In this document: one piece after another, positions 1-8,919 of the stretch
Layout of the letters: every line of letters starts with the position of its first letter
Numbering within the stretch: position 1 is the stretch's first letter
Source of the DNA: a bacterium
GTDB taxonomy: Bacteria; UBA8248
Direction: 5' to 3'
Assembly (NCBI GenBank): GCA_965199855.1
Contig: OZ241326.1
Span: 608,001-672,000 of the forward strand
Length of the DNA stretch: 64,000 bases
Notes under the pieces: generated by a model
The model's input: the letters and a program-made list of their open reading frames with translations, nothing else
What the model was told of the DNA's origin: nothing
Database searches by the model: none
Made by a program: the position numbers and the translations under genes

Positions 1-1757
1 GGGGCGCGATGGAATCCGGCCTGGTCGGAACGGACATCAGCCCCATCGCCGCGCATCTTACCGCGTCCTCCCTCGCGGCCGTCGGCGCGGGGGAGCCTTA
101 CGGAGACACCGACATCGGATGGGTGGAGGTGGGAGGAGAAGTCGCGGTAACCGGCTCCCTGGAATACCTGGGCAATACGGAGGTCGCCAACCTCTTCGCC
201 GAGGTCGCGGGACGCTCGACGGGAGAGCGGGAGGGAGAGGCGGGGAAGCATTCGGTCGCGGTTTTTGACGACAGCTTCGACTGGATATTGATGAATCCCC
301 CCTATTCGAGAACGCGCGGCGGGCAGAGCGCCTTTGACGTCGCCGGCCTCACCGGGAAGGAGCGGAAGGACTGCCAGGCGAAATGGAGGCTCCTGACGCG
401 CGGCGAGCCCGTCAACAACAAGGCGGGCATGGCGGCGTCGTTCCTCGCGCTGGCGCGAAAGAAGGTGAAGCGCGGCGGGCGAATCGGCTTCGTCCTGCCC
501 CTGACGGCGGCGTTCGCGGACTCCTGGCGCGTCACCCGGCGGATGATCGAGCGGGAGTTCAGGGACATTGTGGCCGTGGCGGTCGCCGGCGGGCGCGCGC
601 TGGGAAGGGACGCCCTTTCCGCCGACACGGGCATGGAGGAGATGCTGCTGGCGGCGACGCGGCGGGAGGAGTGGAGGTTCTCCGCGAAGGGAGAGGGCGA
701 CCCGGCGCCGATTCGCTGCGTCACGCTCCTGCGCCCGCCGGGGCGGGTGGGGGAGGCGGGGGAAATCGCCCGCGCGATAGCGGCGGCCGTCGAGCGCGCG
801 GGCGACGGCGGGCTGGCCGTCAAGGCGGGCGAGGAGGAGCTGGGGCAGGTTCTGGCGTTCGACGCGGGCGGCGAGGGCGCTCCGTGGGGGCCGCTCGGGG
901 TGACCCACGCGGATCTGGCGCTCGCGGCGGCCGCCCTCGCCGAGGGGCGGCTCGACTTCGGAGGGACGCGGGCGCCGTTCCGCGTGGAGATGGCCCCGCT
1001 CGATGAAGTGTTCGAGGTGGGGCCGACGCACGACCTGATTGGGCATCTGCGCGGCAGGGACCCGAGAGGCGCCTTCGAGTTTCACCCGGTGCGGAGCGCG
1101 CGGGACGCCATCGGCCGGGATCGCGCGCTGTGGGAGGCGAACGCCCGCGCGCAGCGGCGGCTCGTCCTCTCGCCGACGCACAAGGGCGCCGCCCCGGCGG
1201 GGGTCGGCTCGGAGCGGCGGCGGGCGGCCATGCGCCGGCATCAAAGCGACCTGCACTACGCCCGCAACATGCGCTGGACCTCGCAGGCGCTCCTGGCCGC
1301 GACGACGGCGCGCCCCGCCCTGGGCGGGAGCGGCTGGACGGCGCTCGGCCACGCCGACGCGCGGGCGCGCCGGGCGTTCGCGCTTTGGGCGAACTCCACG
1401 CTCGGCATGGCGGTTCACTGGACGCGGGGGCAGCGCGCCCACGCCGGCCGCTCTAGGACGCAGATAGGCGCGCTCAGGAAAACGCCCTGCCCCCGGCTGG
1501 ATGATCTGGGCGACGCCGCGCTGGACAGGGCGGCGGCGGACTTTGCGGAACTGGCGAAGCGCGGCGATTTGCTCCCCGCCTGCCAGGCGCACGCGGACGA
1601 CCTGCGGAAGGCCATCGACGAGGCGGCTCTCCGCCTCCTGGGACTGCCGGGAAGCGCCGCCGGGGCGGTCGGCGACCTGCGGCTGCTCTGGTGCGGCGAG
1701 CCCTCGGTTCACGGCGCGAACCGGGCGGCTCTGCGGCTGCTGGGGCGGGAGGGTTAG
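1..1757 (+). CDS. Type IIG-like restriction-modification fusion / N6-adenine DNA methyltransferase, C-terminal part (5' end outside the window)
   Basis: The frame is open to the window edge. Motif IV MNPPY and LSADTGMEEML, plus C-terminal WCGEPSVHG, all shared with the full-length paralog at 25188-28091. Confidence 0.85.
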   Translation, partial: GAMESGLVGTDISPIAAHLTASSLAAVGAGEPYGDTDIGWVEVGGEVAVTGSLEYLGNTEVANLFAEVAGRSTGEREGEAGKHSVAVFDDSFDWILMNPPYSRTRGGQSAFDVAGLTGKERKDCQAKWRLLTRGEPVNNKAGMAASFLALARKKVKRGGRIGFVLPLTAAFADSWRVTRRMIEREFRDIVAVAVAGGRALGRDALSADTGMEEMLLAATRREEWRFSAKGEGDPAPIRCVTLLRPPGRVGEAGEIARAIAAAVERAGDGGLAVKAGEEELGQVLAFDAGGEGAPWGPLGVTHADLALAAAALAEGRLDFGGTRAPFRVEMAPLDEVFEVGPTHDLIGHLRGRDPRGAFEFHPVRSARDAIGRDRALWEANARAQRRLVLSPTHKGAAPAGVGSERRRAAMRRHQSDLHYARNMRWTSQALLAATTARPALGGSGWTALGHADARARRAFALWANSTLGMAVHWTRGQRAHAGRSRTQIGALRKTPCPRLDDLGDAALDRAAADFAELAKRGDLLPACQAHADDLRKAIDEAALRLLGLPGSAAGAVGDLRLLWCGEPSVHGANRAALRLLGREG

Positions 1758-1833
1758 CGAAGCGCCGGCCCTTGTCCGCAGGGCGCCGTTCGCGAGCGAC
1801 CCGCCGCCCGCCAACCAACCGGACAATCGCCGG

Positions 1834-2746
1834 GTTGTCGGCCCATGCCGTCAAAGCGGGCGACCGCAGGCGGCCGCCCCTACGGCCTCCCTTTGAGGGT
1901 CGCCGTCCGGCAACGGGCGGTTCTCGAACCGCCCCTACGAAATCATAAACCCCGCGTTCCCGCCGTCATTCGCGGCGTCAATCCCGACAGGGCGGAGGGA
2001 TTGCGGAATCCGGGGTTTTGGTTTTTGACAGGGGACAACCACAGGGGGTTGTCCCTACGCCGCGTTGTCGGCCATGCCTTCAAATCGGGCGGCTACAGGC
2101 GGCCGCCCCTGCGGATCCGTGAAGCCCGCGTCCCCCCGCTGTCGAACGAATCGCCTCCGTATTCGTAGGGCCTGGTCGCGACCTGTCCCTGCGTGAAACG
2201 CACAAAATCCTTGGTTCCCGCCGCGAAGGACGCTCCCCACGCATATAGACGATGACGCGGATCGAATCGTAGGGACAACCCCCCGTGGTTGTCCTTCGCC
2301 ATGTCCCCACCCCGCGCCGGGACGTGAAAATCCCGTAGGGGTCGTTCGTGAACGACCCGCCGCGGTTCTGGATTGCGGCCTTCGCCGCAATGACGGGTTT
2401 TGAGGCGGCGCCCGTCGGAGGGGAAATCCTCGCCGCCGTTCGAGTTGTCGGCCCATGCCTTCAAATCGGGCGGGCCGCAGGGGCCGCCCCTGCGAAATCA
2501 TAAACCCCGCGTTCCCGCCGTCATTCGCGGCGTCAATCCCGACAGGGCGGAGGGATTGCGGAGTCCGGGGTTTTGGTTTTTGACAGGGGACAACCACAGG
2601 GGGTTGTCCCTACGCCGCGTTCGCGCGCCGGCGAGGCGCGGCCATCCCACGGGGGGCGTTCGTGATCGACCCGCCGCGGAGGCCGCCGGGATTGCGTAGG
2701 GACGCCCCTCCCCGGGGGCGTCCCGCAGGTCGCGGCCTGTCCCTAC
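1834..2746. repeat. Mosaic REP cluster (GTAG-type and CGTC-type palindromes) containing a ~138-bp direct repeat
   Basis: Multiple hairpins tagged GTAGGG/CCCTAC (e.g. 1915-1938, 2031-2058, 2269-2294, 2335-2358, 2696-2724) and CGTCA/TGACG (1964-2011, 2370-2395). 1929-2066 recurs at 2484-2621 with 2 mismatches. Confidence 0.85.
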
Positions 2747-2762
2747 GGAGGAAGCGGGCGCC

Positions 2763-3905
2763 TCAGAGCAGGCGCATGGCGGCGGCGCGCATGGCGTTGC
2801 CCCCGCCTAACGCATGGGAGAAGGCCGTAAGGTCGCGCAGCAGCCTTTCCATGGGCGCCTCCGTCATGTAGCCCGCCCCGCCCCAGACTTCCATCGATCG
2901 GCGCGCGGCGCGCTCGCAGGATTCCGCGGCGAAGGCCGGGACGAGAAGGCTCCGCCAGGGGTCGGCGTCCCCGGCGCGATCCGCCTCCCGGGCGGCGGCC
3001 TGCAGGCTTCTTCGGGCGGCGTCGAGCTCCACCAGGCTGTCGCAGAGCATGAAGCCCACCGTCTGGTGCCCGATGATGGGCTTGCCCCCCTGGACGCGCT
3101 CGCGCGCGTGGGCGAGGGCGTTTTCGTGCGCTTTTCTCGCCGCGCCGACGGCGGCGGCCGCCGGAAGAACGCGGACGGGGCGCGTCGCGCTTCTCCACGC
3201 CTCCTCCGCGCAATCGACCCGCTCCCGGCGCGCGAGCCTCGCGTCCTGAAAGCGCAGATCGACGTCCGGGCATGAGCGCATCCCCATGGAATCGTGATGG
3301 CGGGCGACCTCGATTCCCCGCCCGCGCCCGCTTCTCGCCAGAAAAATCCGCCGTCCGCTCCCCTCCGGGAAGGGTGACTCCAGAAGAAGAAAGCCGGCCG
3401 CCGCCCCGTTCAGCACGTGCGGCGCGGCTCCATGAAGCCGCCAGCCGTCCGCGTCCTCCGTGAGGGAGACGCCTGCGCTCCCCCCGCTCGCGGCGGGATT
3501 TCCGGCTTCCGGGGCGAGCGCCGCGTGGGCGAGATGGAGCGCGGGGTTTCCCGTGAAATCCGCCGCGAACGCCCGGAACTCCGCCTCGTCCAGCAAGCGG
3601 AGGAGGGCGCTCGACAGCGCCCAGTCCAGCGCGTGGATGACGGCGACGCCCAGGTCTCCCCAGCCGAGCTCCTCCGCCGCGAGGCACAGGCCCGGCGAGT
3701 CGGCGCCTCCGCCTCCGCAGTCCTCGGAAACGGCGAGGGTTCGCAGGCCCAGGGCGTCGCTCTTCGCCAGAATTTCCGCGGGGAAGCGCTTCTCCGGGCT
3801 TTTCTCGCGGTCGATGGCGTCCGTGAGCGGGAGAATCTCCCGCCGCGCGAAGTCGGCGGCCAGCCGCCGGAGCGCGAGGCGCGCCTCTCCCGGGTCGAAG
3901 TCCAT
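2763..3905 (-). CDS. Acyl-CoA dehydrogenase family protein
   Basis: ARERVQGGKPIIGHQ, WGGAGYMTEAPMERLLRD and EELGWGD motifs. Confidence 0.9.
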   Translation of the reverse strand: MDFDPGEARLALRRLAADFARREILPLTDAIDREKSPEKRFPAEILAKSDALGLRTLAVSEDCGGGGADSPGLCLAAEELGWGDLGVAVIHALDWALSSALLRLLDEAEFRAFAADFTGNPALHLAHAALAPEAGNPAASGGSAGVSLTEDADGWRLHGAAPHVLNGAAAGFLLLESPFPEGSGRRIFLARSGRGRGIEVARHHDSMGMRSCPDVDLRFQDARLARRERVDCAEEAWRSATRPVRVLPAAAAVGAARKAHENALAHARERVQGGKPIIGHQTVGFMLCDSLVELDAARRSLQAAAREADRAGDADPWRSLLVPAFAAESCERAARRSMEVWGGAGYMTEAPMERLLRDLTAFSHALGGGNAMRAAAMRLL

Positions 3906-3942
3906 GCGCTGACCTCTTTGTGGGCCGAGGCGCCGGCCCGGA

Positions 3943-4911
3943 TCAGTCGATGAGGCCCACGCCCTTGAGGTCCGAGGCGAGCGCCGCCTTCTCGTCCGCG
4001 CTCAGGGGAATCATCGGCGCGCGCGTGGGGCCGCCGCGCATCCCCATCAGGCTCATCCAGTCCTTGAGGGCGGCGATGGGAAACGCCCCCCGCGACCAGG
4101 GCTCCCATATCCATTTCTCGGCCACGCGCCGCATCGGGTTCATGGACTCGCGCGCCGTCCAGGCCTCCTCGAGGCTTCCCTCGTCGATCAGGTCGGTGTA
4201 TTTCCGCATCCCCAGGCTGCCCGGTCGCTGGAGGAGGAACGGGTCGGGCCCGCTCATGAAGGTCTGCTGCCCGTGATACGCCCGGTTGAAGAACCACTGG
4301 GTCTCCATCGGGTCGCTCACCACGATGTCCTCGCCCACGGCCTCGCGCACTTCGTCGCAGTGATGCTTGGGCTGCGCGTTCTTGACGCAGCAGACGTTCT
4401 CGTTGTCGTCCACGATCCGGCGGATGAGCTTCGGCGAGAGGGAGTAGCCGGTCGCCGCCGCGTTGAACAGGGAGACGCCGACGTCCACGTTCGCGCAGAC
4501 CTCCCTGAAATACGCGCGGACGCGCCCGGGGATTCCCTGCGCGCCCAGGTAGGGATTCGCCAGAATCGCGTAGGCCGCCCCCGCCTCCATCGCCGCGTGG
4601 GTCAGCTCTATCGCCTCCTTGGCCGAGGTGTGGCCCGTGTGCGCGATGACGGGCGTATCCCCCGCCTCGTCGCAGGCGATCGCCTGGCCGCGCAGGCGCT
4701 CCTCCTTCGTGAGGCACCAGAATTCGCCGATCATCCCGCCCACGAAGAAGCCCTTGATGTCCAGGTCGTCAACGTAGCGGCGGATGTCGGCGCGAAGCCC
4801 CTCCTCGTCGATGTCGTCGTTCCCGTCGAACGGATAGGGGATGGCGGCCCAGATGCCCTTCATGTTCTCCCTGCAGTAGGCGCGCGCGTCTGATTTCTCG
4901 TAGGGGGGCAT
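3943..4911 (-). CDS. Dihydrodipicolinate synthase (DapA/NAL) family aldolase or dehydratase
   Basis: IPYPFD..IDEEGL, GMIGEFWCLTKEER, Schiff-base Lys in CCVKNA, C-terminal GPTRAPM. Confidence 0.85.
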   Translation of the reverse strand: MPPYEKSDARAYCRENMKGIWAAIPYPFDGNDDIDEEGLRADIRRYVDDLDIKGFFVGGMIGEFWCLTKEERLRGQAIACDEAGDTPVIAHTGHTSAKEAIELTHAAMEAGAAYAILANPYLGAQGIPGRVRAYFREVCANVDVGVSLFNAAATGYSLSPKLIRRIVDDNENVCCVKNAQPKHHCDEVREAVGEDIVVSDPMETQWFFNRAYHGQQTFMSGPDPFLLQRPGSLGMRKYTDLIDEGSLEEAWTARESMNPMRRVAEKWIWEPWSRGAFPIAALKDWMSLMGMRGGPTRAPMIPLSADEKAALASDLKGVGLID

Positions 4912-4961
4912 GAAAGTCTCCTTCCCGACTGCGAACCGGGGGCGCCTTCAAAACGCCCGAA

Positions 4962-6140
4962 TCACCATTCATCCTCGCCGGCGGGCGCGAGAAGCGGAGC
5001 GGCCTTGAGCTTGACCGCCTCGTTCGTGCCGAAGCCGTGCAGGTAGCTCAGCGCGTCGCGCCAGCACTTCTCGGGCGTCGGCCTGTCGTCTCGGTGGACG
5101 GCGCCCGCCCTGCCCCATATCTCCATCGCCATGCGGCAGACCCTGACGCCCGCCTCCGAGGCGAACACCTTGGACATCAGGCGGCGCTTGGAGTCGTCCG
5201 CGGGCCCGTCCGCCTGCCGCGCCGCAGAATACAGGTAGGTTCTCGACGCTTCAATCAGCATGTACATCTCCGCGAGCGCCATCCGCGCCCACTGCTCGCG
5301 CATCGCGCCGTTCTCGCTCGCCGCCTCGCGGGCGAGATCGTAGGCGAGGCGGGCCGGGCCCATCACGGGAACGAGCGCGCCGCTCACCATCCGGCTCAGG
5401 ATGGAGAGTCCCCCGTTCCACGCGCCGAAGAGGCCGCTCGCCGGCACCCGGCAGTTCCGCAGGAGGAGCTCCCCGTTCTGCAGAAGGCGCCTGCCCAGCT
5501 TGGAGTGCGCCTCGCCGATCTCGAAGCCCTCCGCGCCGCGCGGCACGAGGAAGCAGGTGAGCCCCTCGCTCATCTTCTTCTCGGGCGCGGTTCGCGCGAA
5601 GATGAAGTAGTATTTCGCCAGTCCCCCGTTCGAGATGTAGTGCTTCACCCCGTTCAGGACGTAGGAGTCCCCCTCCCTTCGCGCCGTCATGCGCGGGCCG
5701 GCGCCCGGCGCGTCGAGCATCAGGAAGGTGTCGGTTCCGCTTTGCGGCTCCGTGGTGGCGAGGGCGAGCAGGGCGCGGGGGTCGTTCAGGAAGTCCTCCA
5801 GGTAGAGGTTGCGCTGCGCCCGGGTGGTCTCGTTCGCGAGCAGCTGGGTGAACTTGTAGGTCTGATCCATCGAGACGGCCACGCCCAGGTCGCCGTAGGC
5901 GAGCTCCTCCGCCACCATGGCCTGGACGAGGTGGCGCGCCCCGAAGCCGCCGAATTTTTTAGGGACGGTGAGCGTCCTCAGGCCCGCCGCGTCGATTTTC
6001 TCGGCGATGTCCCAGGGATAGGCCTCCCCGGGGGCGCGGTTCCTGTCTCGCGCGGCGGCGACGGGCAGAACGTCCTCCCGGGCGATCCTCCGCGCGCGGC
6101 GCACCATTTCGGCTTCCTCGGGGGAGAGGTCGGGCTTCAC
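4962..6140 (-). CDS. Acyl-CoA dehydrogenase family protein
   Basis: ALATTEPQSGTD, YVLNGVKHYISNG, SKVFASE motifs. Confidence 0.9.
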   Translation of the reverse strand: MKPDLSPEEAEMVRRARRIAREDVLPVAAARDRNRAPGEAYPWDIAEKIDAAGLRTLTVPKKFGGFGARHLVQAMVAEELAYGDLGVAVSMDQTYKFTQLLANETTRAQRNLYLEDFLNDPRALLALATTEPQSGTDTFLMLDAPGAGPRMTARREGDSYVLNGVKHYISNGGLAKYYFIFARTAPEKKMSEGLTCFLVPRGAEGFEIGEAHSKLGRRLLQNGELLLRNCRVPASGLFGAWNGGLSILSRMVSGALVPVMGPARLAYDLAREAASENGAMREQWARMALAEMYMLIEASRTYLYSAARQADGPADDSKRRLMSKVFASEAGVRVCRMAMEIWGRAGAVHRDDRPTPEKCWRDALSYLHGFGTNEAVKLKAAPLLAPAGEDEW

Positions 6141-6218
6141 GGCGCGAGAACGTCCGCAACGTCCGCGCGGTCGGACGCCGGAGACGCTTTCAGGGGGAGG
6201 GATGCCATGTCACGCGCC

Positions 6219-7523
6219 TTATTTGGTGATGGTTACGATGCTTTCGCGCAGGGGAACCTTGTGCCGCCGGGAATTTCCGGCCCACTTGCCGCCCCGGCGC
6301 CGGATGACCTCGACCTCGAAATCGGAAAATCCCGCGTCCACGGCCAGTTCGCCGACGATTTCATCCGTGCGCACGTGAACGCCGTAAGGCGCCGAATCCC
6401 CGAGAACCAGGACGAACCGCCGCCCCTCTTTCAGAACCGCGCGCGCGCCCTTTATCACCTTCAGCATGTCCTCGAAATAGCCGGCCACCATCAGATCGTA
6501 GGCTTTTTTGCCGCTCTTCTTCATCCGCAGCTCCGACAGCCGCTGGACGATGCCCGTCAGCTCGGCGTGCGTTCGCGGGCTCGCCGCCTTGACGCCGGGA
6601 CACCCGCGCGCCTCCTCCATGGCGGTTCGCCTTGTCTGCGTCGTCGCGGCGATAATGAGGCGATCCCGCACCTCGCGGGTGATGTCGGCCCAGCTTTCGT
6701 AGGTTCCCCAGAAATAGGTCTCGAGCCTCGTGCGGTCGGCGTAGTCGTAGTTGTTCAGATACGGCGGAGAGGTCAGGAGCAGATCGACGCTCCCCGCCGG
6801 AGCGTAATCAGCCAGATGACGGGCGTCTCCGTTGATGAGCCTGTGCTCCGAGGGCGGCGGGTTCAGAAATCTGACGGCGGCGACGTCGTCCAGCATCAGG
6901 GCGCAGCGCTTCTCGAACTCCTCGAAGGCGTCCCGCCGCGTCACCCGCGCGGCGTATTTGCCGGGGGCGATATAGGGCCAGCCCGCCCCGGCCGAGGTGA
7001 CGACGCGCAGAATCGCCGTCAGCGCCACTTTCAGAAAGTCCAGCCGCCGCGCGTCCGCGTCATGCGCCTCGATGGCCGTCCGAAGCGCGTAGAGCTGCTT
7101 AAGCGTTCGCTCGTCGAAGCACTTGTACACCAGGGCGGGCCAGACGTCCCCGCACCGGACGCCGCTCTCGCGGATCGCCCGGGCGCTTCGCAGAACCCGC
7201 TCGGCGTCCCGGGCCAGCGCGCCTGCGTCGCAGTCGAGGCGCAGCTTCGTCTCCGCTATCCAGAACACGAAGGGATGCGCTTCCACGCCGACGGAGCTGA
7301 CGCCCAGCGCCCTGGCGGCGACCGACGTCGTGCCCGTTCCCAGAAACGGGTCGGCGATCCAGTCTCCCGGCCCGAGTCCGTATTGCCGGATTTTGCTTTC
7401 GACCAGTTTGTGGGAGTAGCCGGCCGGGTAGGTGAACCATCGGTGGACCGGGGCGCGCAGGCTGTCCCGAAACGAGCCGTAGGCGCTCGGGCTCTCGCCG
7501 CCGGCGACCGCGCCGCGGCTCAC
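6219..7523 (-). CDS. Orphan DNA methyltransferase, N4-cytosine type (motif I before motif IV)
   Basis: HRWFTYPAGYS, DPFLGTGTT (SAM binding), TSPPY (catalytic), LRESI terminus. No adjacent endonuclease. Confidence 0.85.
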   Translation of the reverse strand: MSRGAVAGGESPSAYGSFRDSLRAPVHRWFTYPAGYSHKLVESKIRQYGLGPGDWIADPFLGTGTTSVAARALGVSSVGVEAHPFVFWIAETKLRLDCDAGALARDAERVLRSARAIRESGVRCGDVWPALVYKCFDERTLKQLYALRTAIEAHDADARRLDFLKVALTAILRVVTSAGAGWPYIAPGKYAARVTRRDAFEEFEKRCALMLDDVAAVRFLNPPPSEHRLINGDARHLADYAPAGSVDLLLTSPPYLNNYDYADRTRLETYFWGTYESWADITREVRDRLIIAATTQTRRTAMEEARGCPGVKAASPRTHAELTGIVQRLSELRMKKSGKKAYDLMVAGYFEDMLKVIKGARAVLKEGRRFVLVLGDSAPYGVHVRTDEIVGELAVDAGFSDFEVEVIRRRGGKWAGNSRRHKVPLRESIVTITK

Positions 7524-7929
7524 GGCATCCGCCGCGAATTCTCGCGGGAGGGATGGACTCGCGCCCCCGGCGCGTTCTTTGGCTTGGCTGTCATTATTCA
7601 GTGTCCCCGTTTCGCCTACGATAGCGGCGCGCGCCCCGGGCGGTCAAGGGCCGCGGCTGGAAGCCGGAAAAGGGAATCCGCGCCCGGATGAGGAGGAAGC
7701 GGCTTTGCGGCGAATGGACGCGGGGCTAATATGCGCGAATCCATGAGGATCATGGCGGGCTTCGTCCTTTGTCGAACGAGGGAGAGAAGGATGGCGCATG
7801 GGCGAAGGCGCCGGCCTTCTTCGATGAGAGGCTGAAGTAGCCGGGCGGAAAGCCCGAACGAAGGCGCGGCGGGGGATTCCCGGCCGGCTGGAAGCTGCTT
7901 TTCAGAGGCGAACGGAGGAGGGAGAAGGT

Positions 7930-8919
7930 ATGCCGAGAGCGGTTCTTTTCCATGAGACGGGAAGCGCGGACGCGCTTCGCCTGGAGGAAGTCCCTCTCGC
8001 CGAGCCGGGCGAGGGCGAGGTGCGCGTCAAGGTGGAGGCCATCGGACTCAACCGGGCGGAGGTGATGTTCCGGGAGGGCGCGTATCCCGAAAAGCCCGCG
8101 TTTCCCTCCCGCATCGGCTACGAGGCGTCCGGGACGATTGACGCCGTGGGCGCGGGCGTCGAGGGGTTCGCCGTCGGGGAGCGCGTGAGCACGATTCCCG
8201 CGTTCTCGATGGGGGAGCACGGGGTGTATGGCGAGTTCGCGGTCGTGCCGGCCCGCGCCGCCGCGCGATACCCCGCGCGCCTGACGCCCGTCCAGGCCGC
8301 CGCCATCTGGATGCCCTACATCACCGCCTACGGCGCGCTCGTGGAATACGGCGGGGTGGGGGAGGCGGACGCCGCGCTCATCACGGCGGCGAGCAGCAGC
8401 GTCGGGCTGGCGGCGATTCAGATCGCCAAGGCGGCGGGCGCCCGCGCGATCGCCGCGACGCGCGGGGCGGACAAGAAGGAATTTCTCCTGGAGGCGGGGG
8501 CGGACTTCGTCGTCGTCACCGACGAGGAGGTGCTGGCGGACTCGGTGATGGAGATCACCGAGGGCGCGGGGGCGAGCATCGTTTTCGACCCCGTCGTCGG
8601 GCCGTCTCTGGCGAAGCTGGCCGACGCGGCGGCTCCCCGCGCCATGATTTTCCTCTACGGCGCCCTGGCGCCCGGGGACGCCGTTTTTCCCCTGTTCCCG
8701 GCGCTGCCGAAGGGCTTGACGTTCAGGGGCTACACGCTCATGGAGATCACGAAAGACGCCGAAAAAAGGGAGCGCGCCAAGAAGTTCATCCGCGAGGGGC
8801 TGGAGTCCGGTGCCTTCCGCCCCGTCATCGACAGGACGTTTCCGCTCGACCAAGTGGCGGAGGCGCACCGATACATGGAGTCGAACCGGCAGAGGGGGAA
8901 AATCGTCCTCGAGGTCTAG
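7930..8919 (+). CDS. MDR-family NADPH:quinone oxidoreductase / zinc-binding dehydrogenase-like protein
   Basis: GLNRAE, GYEASG, AASSSVGLAAIQ, AHRYMESN..GKIVL. GGAG RBS upstream. Confidence 0.9.
   Translation: MPRAVLFHETGSADALRLEEVPLAEPGEGEVRVKVEAIGLNRAEVMFREGAYPEKPAFPSRIGYEASGTIDAVGAGVEGFAVGERVSTIPAFSMGEHGVYGEFAVVPARAAARYPARLTPVQAAAIWMPYITAYGALVEYGGVGEADAALITAASSSVGLAAIQIAKAAGARAIAATRGADKKEFLLEAGADFVVVTDEEVLADSVMEITEGAGASIVFDPVVGPSLAKLADAAAPRAMIFLYGALAPGDAVFPLFPALPKGLTFRGYTLMEITKDAEKRERAKKFIREGLESGAFRPVIDRTFPLDQVAEAHRYMESNRQRGKIVLEV

Noticed and set aside
1834-2746. CRISPR array or coding ORFs in the repeat cluster
   Set aside because: No constant repeat with regular unique spacers and no cas genes. 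The ORFs there are translations of REP palindromes.
7520-7594. 24-aa ORF coupled to the m4C MTase start
   Set aside because: The MTase frame is also open across this region, so the true start is ambiguous and a uORF cannot be supported.
5037-7691. Long antisense or alternate-frame ORFs (also 8955-11036, 9508-11754, 20376-22688, 41961-44387, 53415-55271)
   Set aside because: These are shadow ORFs caused by high GC. They are Arg/Gly/Pro-rich, lack motifs, and overlap well-supported genes.
7742-7840. Fragment reading GEKDGAWAKAPAFFDERLK, reminiscent of a dienelactone hydrolase C-terminus
   Set aside because: Too short, with no start codon or upstream homology to support a gene or pseudogene call.
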